From Candidatus Hydrogenedentota bacterium (GTDB taxonomy: Bacteria > Hydrogenedentota > Hydrogenedentia > Hydrogenedentales > SLHB01), in the NCBI GenBank assembly GCA_034408725.1, contig JAWXCN010000152.1:10552-74551 (forward strand): a DNA stretch of 64,000 nt. The letters run 5' to 3'. Shown here piece by piece: positions 39,196-49,341 of this stretch (the stretch's first letter is position 1; each line of letters starts with the position of its first letter). Both the position numbers and the translations under genes were made by a program. The notes beneath the pieces were generated by a model. That model ran no database searches and was not told the origin of the DNA. It saw nothing but the letters and a program-made list of their open reading frames with translations.

Positions 39196-41589
39196 CTAAC
39201 ATGGCCTGCCTGATCGCCGGGCCGGAACCGCCAACAGCCACAGCGAACCCAACAAACACAGCGCGAGTGTTATGGAAGAAATCATGAGGCCCCAGCGGAA
39301 ACTCGCCGGCTCGTAGCTGTACTCGACCGTGTGCTCTCCCGCGGGCAAGACAATCCCGCGGAAATTTGCGTTCACTGGAAAAACTCTGGTTTCGGCGCCG
39401 TCGATATAGGCACGCCAGCCCGGAAAATAAGCGTCTTGCAACGACAATATGCAGGGCCTGTCGCTGACTGTTTGCACGGCCACTTTGGTTGTCGCATATG
39501 TCGTCACCACGGCATTGCCATTGACGTCTGAGTCGCCGAAAGGTGCGTTTGGAACCGGGAATTCTGTGACCGCAACGCGCTCAGGATCAAACGACGGTTC
39601 ACGCATTGCGTCCAGTACCGCATCGAATGAACCCACCTGTGCCAGCGTGGGCACCAGCCTTGCCCGCTTACCGGTCCTGGTGTCGCGGTAGACATCGATG
39701 TGATTAAAAGTGCCTTCTTGCGCAAAATAGGGCGGCGGCGGCGATTCATCCGAGAAAAAATTTTCCGGATACAGTGCATATTCCGTATCCAGTAGCGGTT
39801 CGATCCGACTCCATACCCTTGGCTCTTTCGAGAGTTCGACGAACTGCATGAACCGGTTTGGGAAAATACCGTCGTACCCCCAGAGGACTTCGAGCCCGTA
39901 TGGAATCAACAACGGCGGCGGTATAACGTCCGACACTTCGGTACACCGAACGGGACTTGGCATTCCCCGCAAGTAGTCTGTCAATTCCGTTGCGGGAAAC
40001 AGCGCGTCCGGCTTCGCGGTTGGCCGCATTCCGCGCGCGGCAAGAAGCAGGTCGCATAACAGCAAAGTTACCAATGCGCTTTTCAGTATCGCGGGACGTC
40101 GAATCTGGGAATGGAGCGCGAAACAGACCAGCGCAAAGTTGGTGAATATTCCGGCAATAGCGATCTGCCAAAATACATAGTTCGTCAACCCTGAGTATTC
40201 CGTCGAATCGGTGTCCCCAATTCGTTCAAACGACGTTATTACCGGCCAGGAAAAGAACGCTGACAATCCCACGATGCAGGCCATCAACAACAGCAGCCCG
40301 CAGGCTGGCAACACCGCGCGGGCATTTTGGGGACTGTCAAACCAGCGGTCGATTGCGATTGCGCCGAGCATGGGCAGCGCGAACATAGTAAACGCGATAT
40401 GGTGAATGCCCCACATCGACGATACCAGCGGCAAATCGTGGATGAACGACAAAAACGGGAGACGGTAACCGAACAATGCGCCGAGCGCGGCAGGAATTAA
40501 CAGTGCGACGGCGCGCGAACGCATCAATGGATTCTTCGGTCCCTTGACAAGCAACATTGCAATCGCCACCCACACCACCATTCCGGGATACACCAGGCTG
40601 ACGAAATGGGAATTGTCCTTGTCGTTCTGCGCGGCCCAGTAATTGCCGTCGGCGGAAAACCCGGTGAAACGCGGCACCCAATATGCAGCGATTGCAAATG
40701 GGCGCAAATATTCACTGCGCGCTTCACCGGTCGCGCGCGCCGCCAAGGTGTAGGAGTGTTGGAGATATTCCGCGAAGGGAATGATGTTGATCGCGTTGAT
40801 TGCGAGCGCGATGATCCATGCCGTCAGTGCTAGGCCGAATAGCATGACGGCCCGCCTTAGCGCGAGGCGCGACATGAAGACGCGGATTAGAAAATACAAT
40901 CCAACGCCCACCCCCATTACCAGCGCGGTTTCGGGATGTCCAGCAAATATCAACAGGGTCGCGCCAAACGCGAGCGTCAAAAACCCACGGCGGAGGCGCT
41001 GCAACGCAAGCAATTCCGCTCCCAGGAATGTGATTGGCAACCAGCACGCGACATCGGTTTCGGCGTGATACGTCCACGTCATGCAATACGCGCTCAACAT
41101 CCACCCGGTGGACGCAAACCTCGATGCCCACGGACTCAGGCACAGACTCCGGCAGCAATAAAACGCCGTCATGCCCATCAGCCAGAACTTCAGCAGCAGC
41201 CAAATGCTGGTGGCCTGGTGGGCGTCAAAGAAGACGTAAAGCAATCGCGCCGGATAGAACGCAAGACTCTGGTAGTTTGCGTGGAGCGGCATTCCCGTGC
41301 ATTCGTATGGATTCCAGAGCGGCCATTCGCCGTTTGCCAGCGCGATTTGTTGCACGTGGGTCCAAACGGTAAATTGGAACAGGATTTCCGCGGCGGTTTG
41401 ATTTGCCGGATGCTCAAACCCTTCCGGGATCGCGTCTTTCCACGGGTACGATTGATACAAGACATAGCCGGGAAGCGCTACGTCGCCCTCGAAAAACACT
41501 TTGGGAAATAGCGCCACGACGATCAGCAAAACGAGTATGGCGTGGACCACGTATTCGCGGATAGATATGTTGGGTTGTTTCGATGACAT
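39196..41589 (-). CDS. YfhO-like polytopic membrane protein, paralogue 2
   Basis: GEWPLWNP..GMPLHANYQS, GHPE, GYDG, YFPGWRAYIDG. Confidence 0.82.
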   Translation of the reverse strand: MSSKQPNISIREYVVHAILVLLIVVALFPKVFFEGDVALPGYVLYQSYPWKDAIPEGFEHPANQTAAEILFQFTVWTHVQQIALANGEWPLWNPYECTGMPLHANYQSLAFYPARLLYVFFDAHQATSIWLLLKFWLMGMTAFYCCRSLCLSPWASRFASTGWMLSAYCMTWTYHAETDVACWLPITFLGAELLALQRLRRGFLTLAFGATLLIFAGHPETALVMGVGVGLYFLIRVFMSRLALRRAVMLFGLALTAWIIALAINAINIIPFAEYLQHSYTLAARATGEARSEYLRPFAIAAYWVPRFTGFSADGNYWAAQNDKDNSHFVSLVYPGMVVWVAIAMLLVKGPKNPLMRSRAVALLIPAALGALFGYRLPFLSFIHDLPLVSSMWGIHHIAFTMFALPMLGAIAIDRWFDSPQNARAVLPACGLLLLMACIVGLSAFFSWPVITSFERIGDTDSTEYSGLTNYVFWQIAIAGIFTNFALVCFALHSQIRRPAILKSALVTLLLCDLLLAARGMRPTAKPDALFPATELTDYLRGMPSPVRCTEVSDVIPPPLLIPYGLEVLWGYDGIFPNRFMQFVELSKEPRVWSRIEPLLDTEYALYPENFFSDESPPPPYFAQEGTFNHIDVYRDTRTGKRARLVPTLAQVGSFDAVLDAMREPSFDPERVAVTEFPVPNAPFGDSDVNGNAVVTTYATTKVAVQTVSDRPCILSLQDAYFPGWRAYIDGAETRVFPVNANFRGIVLPAGEHTVEYSYEPASFRWGLMISSITLALCLLGSLWLLAVPARRSGRPC

Positions 41590-41596
41590 TGATGAT

Positions 41597-43945
41597 CTAT
41601 GCCGCCCGATATTTTTTCAGCGTGATTGCGCACGCGAGGATGCAGAGCAAACAGGCCGCGCTGGATACGGCAATACCCATCTGAAAACTGGCGGGCTGGT
41701 AATAGAAATCGACTGAATGCTTACCAGCGGGAACGACCACGCCTCGAAAGGCGTGATACGCCGGGAAAATTTCAGCCGACCGGGAATCAATAGTCGCTTT
41801 CCAACCAGGAAAGAACTGGTCCGCGAGCACCAACACACTGGGTTTCGCCGCGTTGACATCAACCCGGACATGCGTCGCCGTGCGCGATACCACCGTGGCC
41901 GCGCCGGGATTGCTGGAATCTGATTGCGGCAAGGGCGTGTCCGGAGGTGAGTCGGTCGCGACCGTGCGGAGGGGGTTGAACCCAGGATCGCACATTATTT
42001 CAAACAGTTCGTTCGTATTGGGCGCAATTGTGATCGAGTTCACGAGAAACGCGCGAGGCTGCGCCTTGGGATTACGCCAAATCTCGACAGTGTCCACTGT
42101 GGCGGCAAGTTCCAGCGGATAATCCGAAGGAAGTTCGTCGGGAAAGGGCTTTATATAGTAAGGAATCGCGCAGACCGGTTCCAGCGCATTCCAGTTCTTT
42201 TTCAAACCATCCTTATAAAAGCGGACGATGCGGCCCGGATACAGCCCTTCGTATCCCCAGGCTTCTTCGATGCCGTAGTGGACGAATCCGCCGAGGCGCA
42301 GGGACCGAACGAGTCCGATACCTTTACTCATGGAAACTCGCGTCGGCTGCGGCTGTTGTTGTAGGTAGGTTGTGAAAGGAATATCCGGGAAAAGCCATGC
42401 GCGCGGTTCGACGGGCCGCATGGACCGCGCCGCGACCAACAGGTCGCAGGCAAGCAGAAACGTCGCAAGCGCCGCAAACACGTGTTTATTTTTGATGCGA
42501 GAACGCGAAATGAATAACACGACACCGATGAGCGCGAACATGAGCGCGATGCCAGCCTGTTTATAAACATATTCGTCCAGCGCCAATTCAGCGATTTGCA
42601 CGCCGTACAGGGATAGCGCGATCCCCGAGATGACGAATACAATCACGAATGCCACTACCGGTCCGATGAGCAGTCCCGGCCTTTTCTCATGCGCGCCCCA
42701 CCACTCCACTCCAAATGCCGCCAGTACCGGCAACACAAACATGGCGAATGCGACGTGATGTATGCCCCACATCGCGTTGAGCAGGGGCAAATCGTTCAAC
42801 GCTTGGACGAGAAAGAAATCGGCGGCAAGCATCATGCCGAGAATCGCGGGAATGATCATCGCCAGACACTTCCGGCGGTTCGCCGCATCGCGGATGATCA
42901 TCGACCCTGCCGCGCCGAGCGCGATCCATACCGTCACGCCGGGATAGACGAGGCTCACGAAGTTGGAATTCTCCCACCAGTGGCGCGCGTCCCAGAAGTT
43001 GGCGTCCGCCGTAAAACCGAAGAAGCGCGGGATAAACATCGATATGACGGCGTTACCGTGCAGGAACGGCGTGCGCTCCATGCCCTCGACGCGCCCTCCG
43101 AACGTGGAACTGTTGAAGAGATACTCGAAGAACGGCACAAGCTGGCCCGCGCAGAATCCGATTGCAGTCGCCCATGCAATCGATGCGACTCCAAGCGGTT
43201 TCCACAGCGCGGGACCGCGACGCCGGTCAAACCCCAGGCGGAGAAAGAAATACAGCCCCGCGCCAACGCCCATCACGAAGGCGGTTTCGGGATGGCCCGC
43301 GAGCAGCAGTAGCGCCGCGCCGAGGGTCATGGTGAACAGGCCCTTTCGGTAGCGCGCATCGAGCGTGTACTCGATACCCATCATCACGACGGGCAACCAC
43401 GGGCTTACCTCCGACACCGGAAGGTGCCACCACGTCATGTTGAAAGCGCTGAGCATCCACCCTATCGACAAGAACCGCGACGCACCCACGCCGAGGCGCA
43501 GTGTCCGACCGTAAATGTACGCGGTGAATCCCGCAAGCCACAGTTTCAAAAGCGTGGCGATGGTGAGCGCGGTGTAGTTGTCGAAAAGCCGGTAGAGCAA
43601 TCTCGGCGGGTAGAAAACCATGCTCTGGTAATTTGCGAGCAAGGGTGCGCCAGTAAGTTGCAACGGGTTCCACAACGGCCACTTTCCGGTATCTAACGCA
43701 TCGTCGATGAGCAGGTTGTAATTGTTAAACACCGCGAGGACTTCTGCGATCGATACATTGTCCGCTTTTACAAGATTCGGCGGGGTATGGCCGGCCCAGG
43801 GCGGGTACTCGTACAGTATGCTAGGCGCGGCGGGGACGCCACCAAAAAGGAACACTCCGGGGAACAGGATCACGAGAACGAAAAAAAGGATGGCGGCCTG
43901 AATTCCGCACTCGGCCCGTTGTATTGGAACGAACTTCTCGCCCAC
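41597..43945 (-). CDS. YfhO-like polytopic membrane protein, paralogue 1
   Basis: GKWPLWNP..GAPLLANYQS, GHPE, GYEG, FFPGWKATID. Start uncertain (GTG 43945 or track start 43996). Confidence 0.82.
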   Translation of the reverse strand: MGEKFVPIQRAECGIQAAILFFVLVILFPGVFLFGGVPAAPSILYEYPPWAGHTPPNLVKADNVSIAEVLAVFNNYNLLIDDALDTGKWPLWNPLQLTGAPLLANYQSMVFYPPRLLYRLFDNYTALTIATLLKLWLAGFTAYIYGRTLRLGVGASRFLSIGWMLSAFNMTWWHLPVSEVSPWLPVVMMGIEYTLDARYRKGLFTMTLGAALLLLAGHPETAFVMGVGAGLYFFLRLGFDRRRGPALWKPLGVASIAWATAIGFCAGQLVPFFEYLFNSSTFGGRVEGMERTPFLHGNAVISMFIPRFFGFTADANFWDARHWWENSNFVSLVYPGVTVWIALGAAGSMIIRDAANRRKCLAMIIPAILGMMLAADFFLVQALNDLPLLNAMWGIHHVAFAMFVLPVLAAFGVEWWGAHEKRPGLLIGPVVAFVIVFVISGIALSLYGVQIAELALDEYVYKQAGIALMFALIGVVLFISRSRIKNKHVFAALATFLLACDLLVAARSMRPVEPRAWLFPDIPFTTYLQQQPQPTRVSMSKGIGLVRSLRLGGFVHYGIEEAWGYEGLYPGRIVRFYKDGLKKNWNALEPVCAIPYYIKPFPDELPSDYPLELAATVDTVEIWRNPKAQPRAFLVNSITIAPNTNELFEIMCDPGFNPLRTVATDSPPDTPLPQSDSSNPGAATVVSRTATHVRVDVNAAKPSVLVLADQFFPGWKATIDSRSAEIFPAYHAFRGVVVPAGKHSVDFYYQPASFQMGIAVSSAACLLCILACAITLKKYRAA

Positions 43946-44003
43946 GTGAAGACCCCGGCCCAGATTGGATGGCAGATGGTATGACGGCGACCCCAACGCG
44001 CAG

Positions 44004-44085
44004 AGTATAGCAACGGAATCAGGGGCGCGGCAATGCGTTGCATCGCCTTTCCGTCATTGACTTTCGCGCGCGCGGCCCGTAGACT
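44004..44085. promoter_or_regulatory. Back-to-back sigma70-like promoters
   Basis: Minus strand: TTGCCG-N18-TATACT with TG extension (44033-44004). Plus strand: TTGACT-N17-TAGACT (44057-44085). Confidence 0.5.
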
Positions 44086-44117
44086 CCGCGTGCGGTAAAA
44101 GGGGTGGCTTCAAGACC

Positions 44118-46607
44118 ATGAACGTGGCGCACACTCAACAGCAGATTCTCCGCGCGCCGCATCTGCGGGCCGCGCTCCCGGCTGCGGAAGCGGCGTTGCG
44201 CATACTCTCCGTAGGCGAACTGGATGCGTCCACGTTGGCGCTGGTGATCGGCGCGGACCCCGTGCTTACGGCGGCGATAGTTCGCGCAACCGAACCCTGC
44301 GCCGAAAATGCATCCGTTGCGCAACGCATCGCCTCCCTTTCCCCCGCGCGCCTTCAATCCGCGCTTTTTCCGATCCTTTCAGATGCCTTCACAGACGATG
44401 CGGCCATTGGCGGCGACAACACTCGCTGGAAGCGAACGCTCGCAACCGCCATCGCGGCGGAATCCATCGCGCGGGCAACCCACAGCGTGTCACCCGAACA
44501 AGCGTACCTCGCTGGTTTGATGCACCACTGTGGCGCGCATTCAACCGGCGACAATGACGTTTTGCCGGAGGCCATGAGGGCGATAGCACGGACATACCGT
44601 TTTCCAGAATGGTTGCGCGAGTGCATGTTCGAGGGCATAGCCGATACCGGCTGGCCTTCGACCCGGGAAGTGAATGGCGATCTACCGCTGATAGTACAGA
44701 TCGCAAACGCTTTCGCGGCAGGCGCCTCACCGGATGATGCCGGCGATATTGCCGGAGAATCAATCGGTGTTTCTATCGGCGCTCTTATAGCCGCGCATTC
44801 TGACTATGCCGCATCTTTCGCGCGCAGACTGTCGCTGTTTTCGTTTACGCCGGCGCCCGCGGCGGACTTGCGGGCATCGCTTATGCGGTTCGCAAACCAA
44901 CTGCTCCTGAATTGGCGGGTAGACGAAGGCGCCGCGCTCAACGCCCGCGAACGCGCGGCCCAACTGGACGCCCTGTTCCAGTTCCACCAGGCTTCGAGAC
45001 GCTCGGTCTCCATCGAAGAAATTACGTTGCAGTGCGCCGAAACGTTGCGAAATGCGTTGGGCGCGGACGCGGGAATGTTGAGCGTTTGGACACGGCAATG
45101 GAACGGAGCACGGGGCGTCACATGGCGCGGCCGCACGGCCCCCTTCGAGACGTTAGCCTTACCCGAAGGATGCTCTGGCGTTCAGGCGATGCAACAAATC
45201 GTCGCCGATCCATTTTGGCAAGTGTTGGACGGCGCGCCCTGCGCGCTTCCGGTGCGTACTCCAACCAACCGCGTAACCGGATATATCGCGATCTTGATGA
45301 CGGCCGGGGAATCGACCGGCTGGCTTGCGCGTCTGGACGACTGGACGCGAGCACTCGGCGCGGCCATCGAGAACGCGGAAGAACAAGAGCGTCAACGGCA
45401 AAATACTGACGCGTTACGCCGCGCTTTGCACGAAAAAAGGGAACATGCTTCCACTGAACCCGTCCCCAGCGTTGAAACCGCTCGCCCGGTTGATCGGGAA
45501 GCCGTTGTAGCAGGGCAACGCAACCTGGCGCGGGCAGTTGTAGCGGCCTTGCAATCGCCGTTGAGCGCGATCACGGCGCAGACCGGCCAATTGACATCGC
45601 AGACGGGCCGCGCGACTGATTCCGCGCTGCTCGATAATCTCGCGAAGCACGCGCGCGGCGCGGCGCGTGTTCTCAACGATGTGCAGGCCCTGGCGCATGC
45701 CGGCAATGGTAGCCGCGACGCGGTCCTGGTAAATGCGCCGTTGCGCCAGTTTTTGAATTCAGTGCGGCCCCGGCTGGGTAGGCGGTCCATTCAACTGGAG
45801 GACCGCCTGGCCGAAGGTCTTCCGCGCGTGCCATTGGATGCGCGCAAGCTGCATCATATCCTGTTAAATCTTTTCGCGTACATTGAACCGCGGCTGGGGC
45901 CTGCTGGCCGCCACATTCTGGTGAGTTCGGAGGTGACCAGCGGGCGTGAAGGCGTATCCATCACAATCGATGTAACGGGTTTGCCATTGACCGGCGATCA
46001 GGCCGAGCACTTGTTCGATCCGCTGGAGAGGTATGACGAATCCGCTTCCGAGCACGCGCTGTTGCTTGCGGCTTGCGGGGCGATGGTACGTGAATTTGGC
46101 GGGCTCATCACCGCGTGCCCGCAGGTGTCAGGCACGATGTTCATTCTCGCGTTTGAATCGGTTTGGGGGAACTCCGCGCAAGAAGTCGAAGCGCCCGCCG
46201 CCCCGCCTGCGCAGGAAACGCGCATCGATAAGCATGAGGCAAACCGCGTATTGGTGGTGGATGACGATGATGGTGTGCGCGAAATTCTGGCGCAGGCGCT
46301 CCGTAGATGCGGTTACGAAGCTGAACTCGCGAAAGATGGCATCGACGCTTTGCGCGCAATGGAATCGAAACCGTACGATTTGGTCTTGCTGGACATGCTG
46401 ATGCCGAATCGCGATGGGCTCGCGGTGCTGCGCGAGTTGCGCGGAAAACCGGGTGCGCCACCGGTAATTGTGATGACGGGCAGCGCTGCGTCCGGCGTTC
46501 GCGAGGAGGCGTCGGAATTGGGCGCGCACAGTTTTCTTCAGAAGCCCTTTGAATTGCGCACGCTTCTTGCCGAGGTCGAGTCGGTGCTCGTTCACCACGG
46601 CGGGTGA
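44118..46607 (+). CDS. HDOD + GAF-like + degenerate histidine kinase + receiver domain protein
   Basis: HDOD-like 'IGADPVLTAAIVR' and 'AYLAGLMHHCG'. Kinase-like 'ALQSPLSAI..LHHILLNL..LFDP'. Intact receiver VLVVDDD..LLDMLMP..VMTG..QKPF. Confidence 0.8.
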   Translation: MNVAHTQQQILRAPHLRAALPAAEAALRILSVGELDASTLALVIGADPVLTAAIVRATEPCAENASVAQRIASLSPARLQSALFPILSDAFTDDAAIGGDNTRWKRTLATAIAAESIARATHSVSPEQAYLAGLMHHCGAHSTGDNDVLPEAMRAIARTYRFPEWLRECMFEGIADTGWPSTREVNGDLPLIVQIANAFAAGASPDDAGDIAGESIGVSIGALIAAHSDYAASFARRLSLFSFTPAPAADLRASLMRFANQLLLNWRVDEGAALNARERAAQLDALFQFHQASRRSVSIEEITLQCAETLRNALGADAGMLSVWTRQWNGARGVTWRGRTAPFETLALPEGCSGVQAMQQIVADPFWQVLDGAPCALPVRTPTNRVTGYIAILMTAGESTGWLARLDDWTRALGAAIENAEEQERQRQNTDALRRALHEKREHASTEPVPSVETARPVDREAVVAGQRNLARAVVAALQSPLSAITAQTGQLTSQTGRATDSALLDNLAKHARGAARVLNDVQALAHAGNGSRDAVLVNAPLRQFLNSVRPRLGRRSIQLEDRLAEGLPRVPLDARKLHHILLNLFAYIEPRLGPAGRHILVSSEVTSGREGVSITIDVTGLPLTGDQAEHLFDPLERYDESASEHALLLAACGAMVREFGGLITACPQVSGTMFILAFESVWGNSAQEVEAPAAPPAQETRIDKHEANRVLVVDDDDGVREILAQALRRCGYEAELAKDGIDALRAMESKPYDLVLLDMLMPNRDGLAVLRELRGKPGAPPVIVMTGSAASGVREEASELGAHSFLQKPFELRTLLAEVESVLVHHGG

Positions 46608-49093
46608 AGCGTCAATCGCGGCACGACGGCGACACGATGAAGCCAGCACGCGATATCACCGTGGCGCAACTGCTGTCACAAGTCATCATCCTGATCCTTC
46701 TGCTCGTGGTGATTTTCCCCCGTGTGTTTTTCTACGGCGAACTCGCGTCGTCCGCGGATATTCTGTTCCTGATCAAGCCGTGGAGCGAGTACGCGCCGCC
46801 GGGCTTCGAGCGGGTCCAGAACCAACTCATGTTCGATCCCGTTATGGCGTTCCGCCCGGACTACCTGCTCACCAAACAGGCCATCGAAAGCGGGGAATGG
46901 CCCTTATGGAACCCGCTCGAACTGGGCGGAGTGCCTTTGCTCGCGAATTGCCAAAGCACGGTGTTTTATCCACTACGCTTGTTGCTGCTCGCGATGGACG
47001 TCGATACGGCGATGACGGTATTTGTGCTATTGAAGCTTTTGCTGTGCGGCATCACGGCATTTATCTGTGCGCGGTGGATCGGATTGGGGCTTGCCGCGTC
47101 GCGTTTCTTTTCGGTGGCCTGGATGATGGGCAGCTACAACCTCATCTGGGCGAACTGGCCGCTGGTCGATGTCAGCGCATGGGCGCCAATCCTCTTCGCG
47201 GGCGCGGAATTCATTCTCAATGGCCGGTACCGTCGCGGGCTCGCGGCAATGTCGCTCGGCGCGACGCTGATCCTGTACGCGGGCCATCCAGAAACGGCAT
47301 TCACCTTGAGCATGGGCGTTGGAGTTTATTTTGCCGCTCGGCTCGTTTTCGATCAGTGCGGAGAACAAACTGGAGAGAGCCGGATTTCGGCATATACGTG
47401 GCGGCCAATCGTGCGCGCCATTACATCCATCGGAACATGGAAACGCGCCGGGATTGCCACAATGGCTTGGGCCATTGCGCTCCTTGCGTATACGCCGCAA
47501 CTTTTGCCGTTCGTCGAGTTTCTGACAAACAGTTATACGTGGAGTGACCGGCACGAAAAGGAACACATTCTGATTTCGTATAGCGCGGGCTCGGCTGCGA
47601 GTCTTTGGGTGCCGCGCTATTTTGGAACCGGCGCCGAACAGAATTTTTGGGACCAGGAAAAGTGGAATTCAAATATCACCGCAAAGCAGTATCCGGGGAT
47701 GGTGATCTGGTGCGCGCTTGCGTTATTGCTGGCGCGGGTTCCAAAGGATTCACCGTTGCGCAAACGCAATGTCCAAGTTGCCGCGCTGTTGGTTGCGGCG
47801 CTCGCGGGATTCCTGTTGGCGTATCATGTGTGGCCCATTTCGCTGGTCCGGAAACTTCCCGTCTTCAGCTCCATGCTGGACATTTATCATATCTGTTTCA
47901 CGCTCTTCGCATGGCCGCTGCTGGGAGCGATTAGCATTGAACGCTGGCTTTCGCGTAAACGGCGGTTGCGCGAACTATATCCCATCGTGGGTGTAATGTT
48001 GTTCGGCGCGATCGTGGTCTATTTCGTGAACCGGTTCAACGAACCGCTACTTGCCATGCTGGTCCGCAAAGAACATCCCGGCCTCTACGATTATATCCGC
48101 GTTCAGATTTATATTGCGATTGGGTTCGCGGCAACGGCCTCACTTGTTTTTAGTATCTCATGCTTCTATCGGCGGCCAGAAATCATTTGGATACTCGCGG
48201 GTGTCGTGTTCGTCATCGATCATGCGGTCGCCGTCCGCGGGCTAAACCCTACCATGCCGCGCGCACTGGTGTATCCTGAAACCGAGCTAACACGCTTTCT
48301 ACGCACGCTTCCCCACCCGTCACGGGTAGGAGTGGCGCAAGCTTCCATCTATAACGGCGCTATCGCGAACTACGGCGTCGAAGAGTGGGTCGGTTACGAT
48401 GGCCTCTTTCCCGAACGGGTGATACGGTATCAAAGCGAATTAAAATCCACGGTATGGGATGCCATGGAGCCGGCCCAGGCGATTGATTACTACGTCAGCG
48501 ATCCAGACCCGCGCTACGAGCCGGCATTCCCGTGGAAAGAAATGTTGGCCTCGGGCAGGATCGAACGCGTAGGAAATTTCGATACACTCGACGTGTTCCG
48601 GAACAACGGCGCACTCCCACGGGCATTCCTGGCGCCGACGCTGGAAGTAATCCCCGAACGCGACGCGCTCCTAGAAGTTATGTCAACGAAGGGTTTTGAT
48701 CCATCAGAGCGCGCGGTGACCGAAGTGCGGCCGGGCAGCCCCATTCCAAACGCCACCGCGCGGCCCGTGGGTACCGTGGAAATGAACACGCATCGCTCCA
48801 CGTTTGTACAGGTCACATACGAAACACGCGAAGACGCGGTGCTGGTGCTGGCGGATGCGTATTACCCCGGATGGAACGCGTATCTCGATGAAAGTCCCAT
48901 CGAAATGTTTCCGGTTTACTACATGTTCCGCGGAATCATCGTGCCGCCGGGCCGGCATGTAGTCGAGTACCGGTATGAACCCGCGCCGCTCGAAATCGGT
49001 CTGATCGTTTCCAGCGCCACCCTGCTGGCCTCAGCGTTGGCGTCTGCTTTTCTCCTCCTGCGAATGAGGCAATCGCGCTCAATCGCGAAGTAA
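46604..49093 (+). CDS. YfhO-like polytopic membrane protein, paralogue 4
   Basis: GEWPLWNP..GVPLLANCQS, GHPE, GYDG, YYPGWNAYLD. GTG overlaps the upstream stop codon; alternative ATG at 46637. Confidence 0.82.
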   Translation: MKRQSRHDGDTMKPARDITVAQLLSQVIILILLLVVIFPRVFFYGELASSADILFLIKPWSEYAPPGFERVQNQLMFDPVMAFRPDYLLTKQAIESGEWPLWNPLELGGVPLLANCQSTVFYPLRLLLLAMDVDTAMTVFVLLKLLLCGITAFICARWIGLGLAASRFFSVAWMMGSYNLIWANWPLVDVSAWAPILFAGAEFILNGRYRRGLAAMSLGATLILYAGHPETAFTLSMGVGVYFAARLVFDQCGEQTGESRISAYTWRPIVRAITSIGTWKRAGIATMAWAIALLAYTPQLLPFVEFLTNSYTWSDRHEKEHILISYSAGSAASLWVPRYFGTGAEQNFWDQEKWNSNITAKQYPGMVIWCALALLLARVPKDSPLRKRNVQVAALLVAALAGFLLAYHVWPISLVRKLPVFSSMLDIYHICFTLFAWPLLGAISIERWLSRKRRLRELYPIVGVMLFGAIVVYFVNRFNEPLLAMLVRKEHPGLYDYIRVQIYIAIGFAATASLVFSISCFYRRPEIIWILAGVVFVIDHAVAVRGLNPTMPRALVYPETELTRFLRTLPHPSRVGVAQASIYNGAIANYGVEEWVGYDGLFPERVIRYQSELKSTVWDAMEPAQAIDYYVSDPDPRYEPAFPWKEMLASGRIERVGNFDTLDVFRNNGALPRAFLAPTLEVIPERDALLEVMSTKGFDPSERAVTEVRPGSPIPNATARPVGTVEMNTHRSTFVQVTYETREDAVLVLADAYYPGWNAYLDESPIEMFPVYYMFRGIIVPPGRHVVEYRYEPAPLEIGLIVSSATLLASALASAFLLLRMRQSRSIAK

Positions 49094-49116
49094 CCTTGAA
49101 CAAGAAAAGGAAACCT

Positions 49117-49308
49117 GCAGCTACCCGCGGATTCTAAATTTCATTTGGCCGCGCGCAGCGCCTTGGAGTGCGGCGTGTCAGCGCCGCTTTCACTTCGGAT
49201 AACCGAATGCCTCAATAAATTCGCGGGCTTCAGGCTCACGTGACTAGAGAATAGGCCAGTCGCACTTTATTGCAAAGCGACCTTGCCCAGGAAATGGAAA
49301 GCGGTAGC
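49117..49308 (-). repeat. Second, inverted partial copy of the 216-bp REP/BIME-like unit
   Basis: Reverse complement aligns by eye with about 24878-25060 (GCTTTCCATTTCCTGGGC..CCGAAGTGAAAGCGGCGCTGACACGCCGCACTCCAAGGCGCT..GCGCGGCCA). Full REP at 49157-49191. Confidence 0.85.
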
Positions 49309-49341
49309 GGAGGTGTTGCAAATCCTTCGCATAAATGACCG

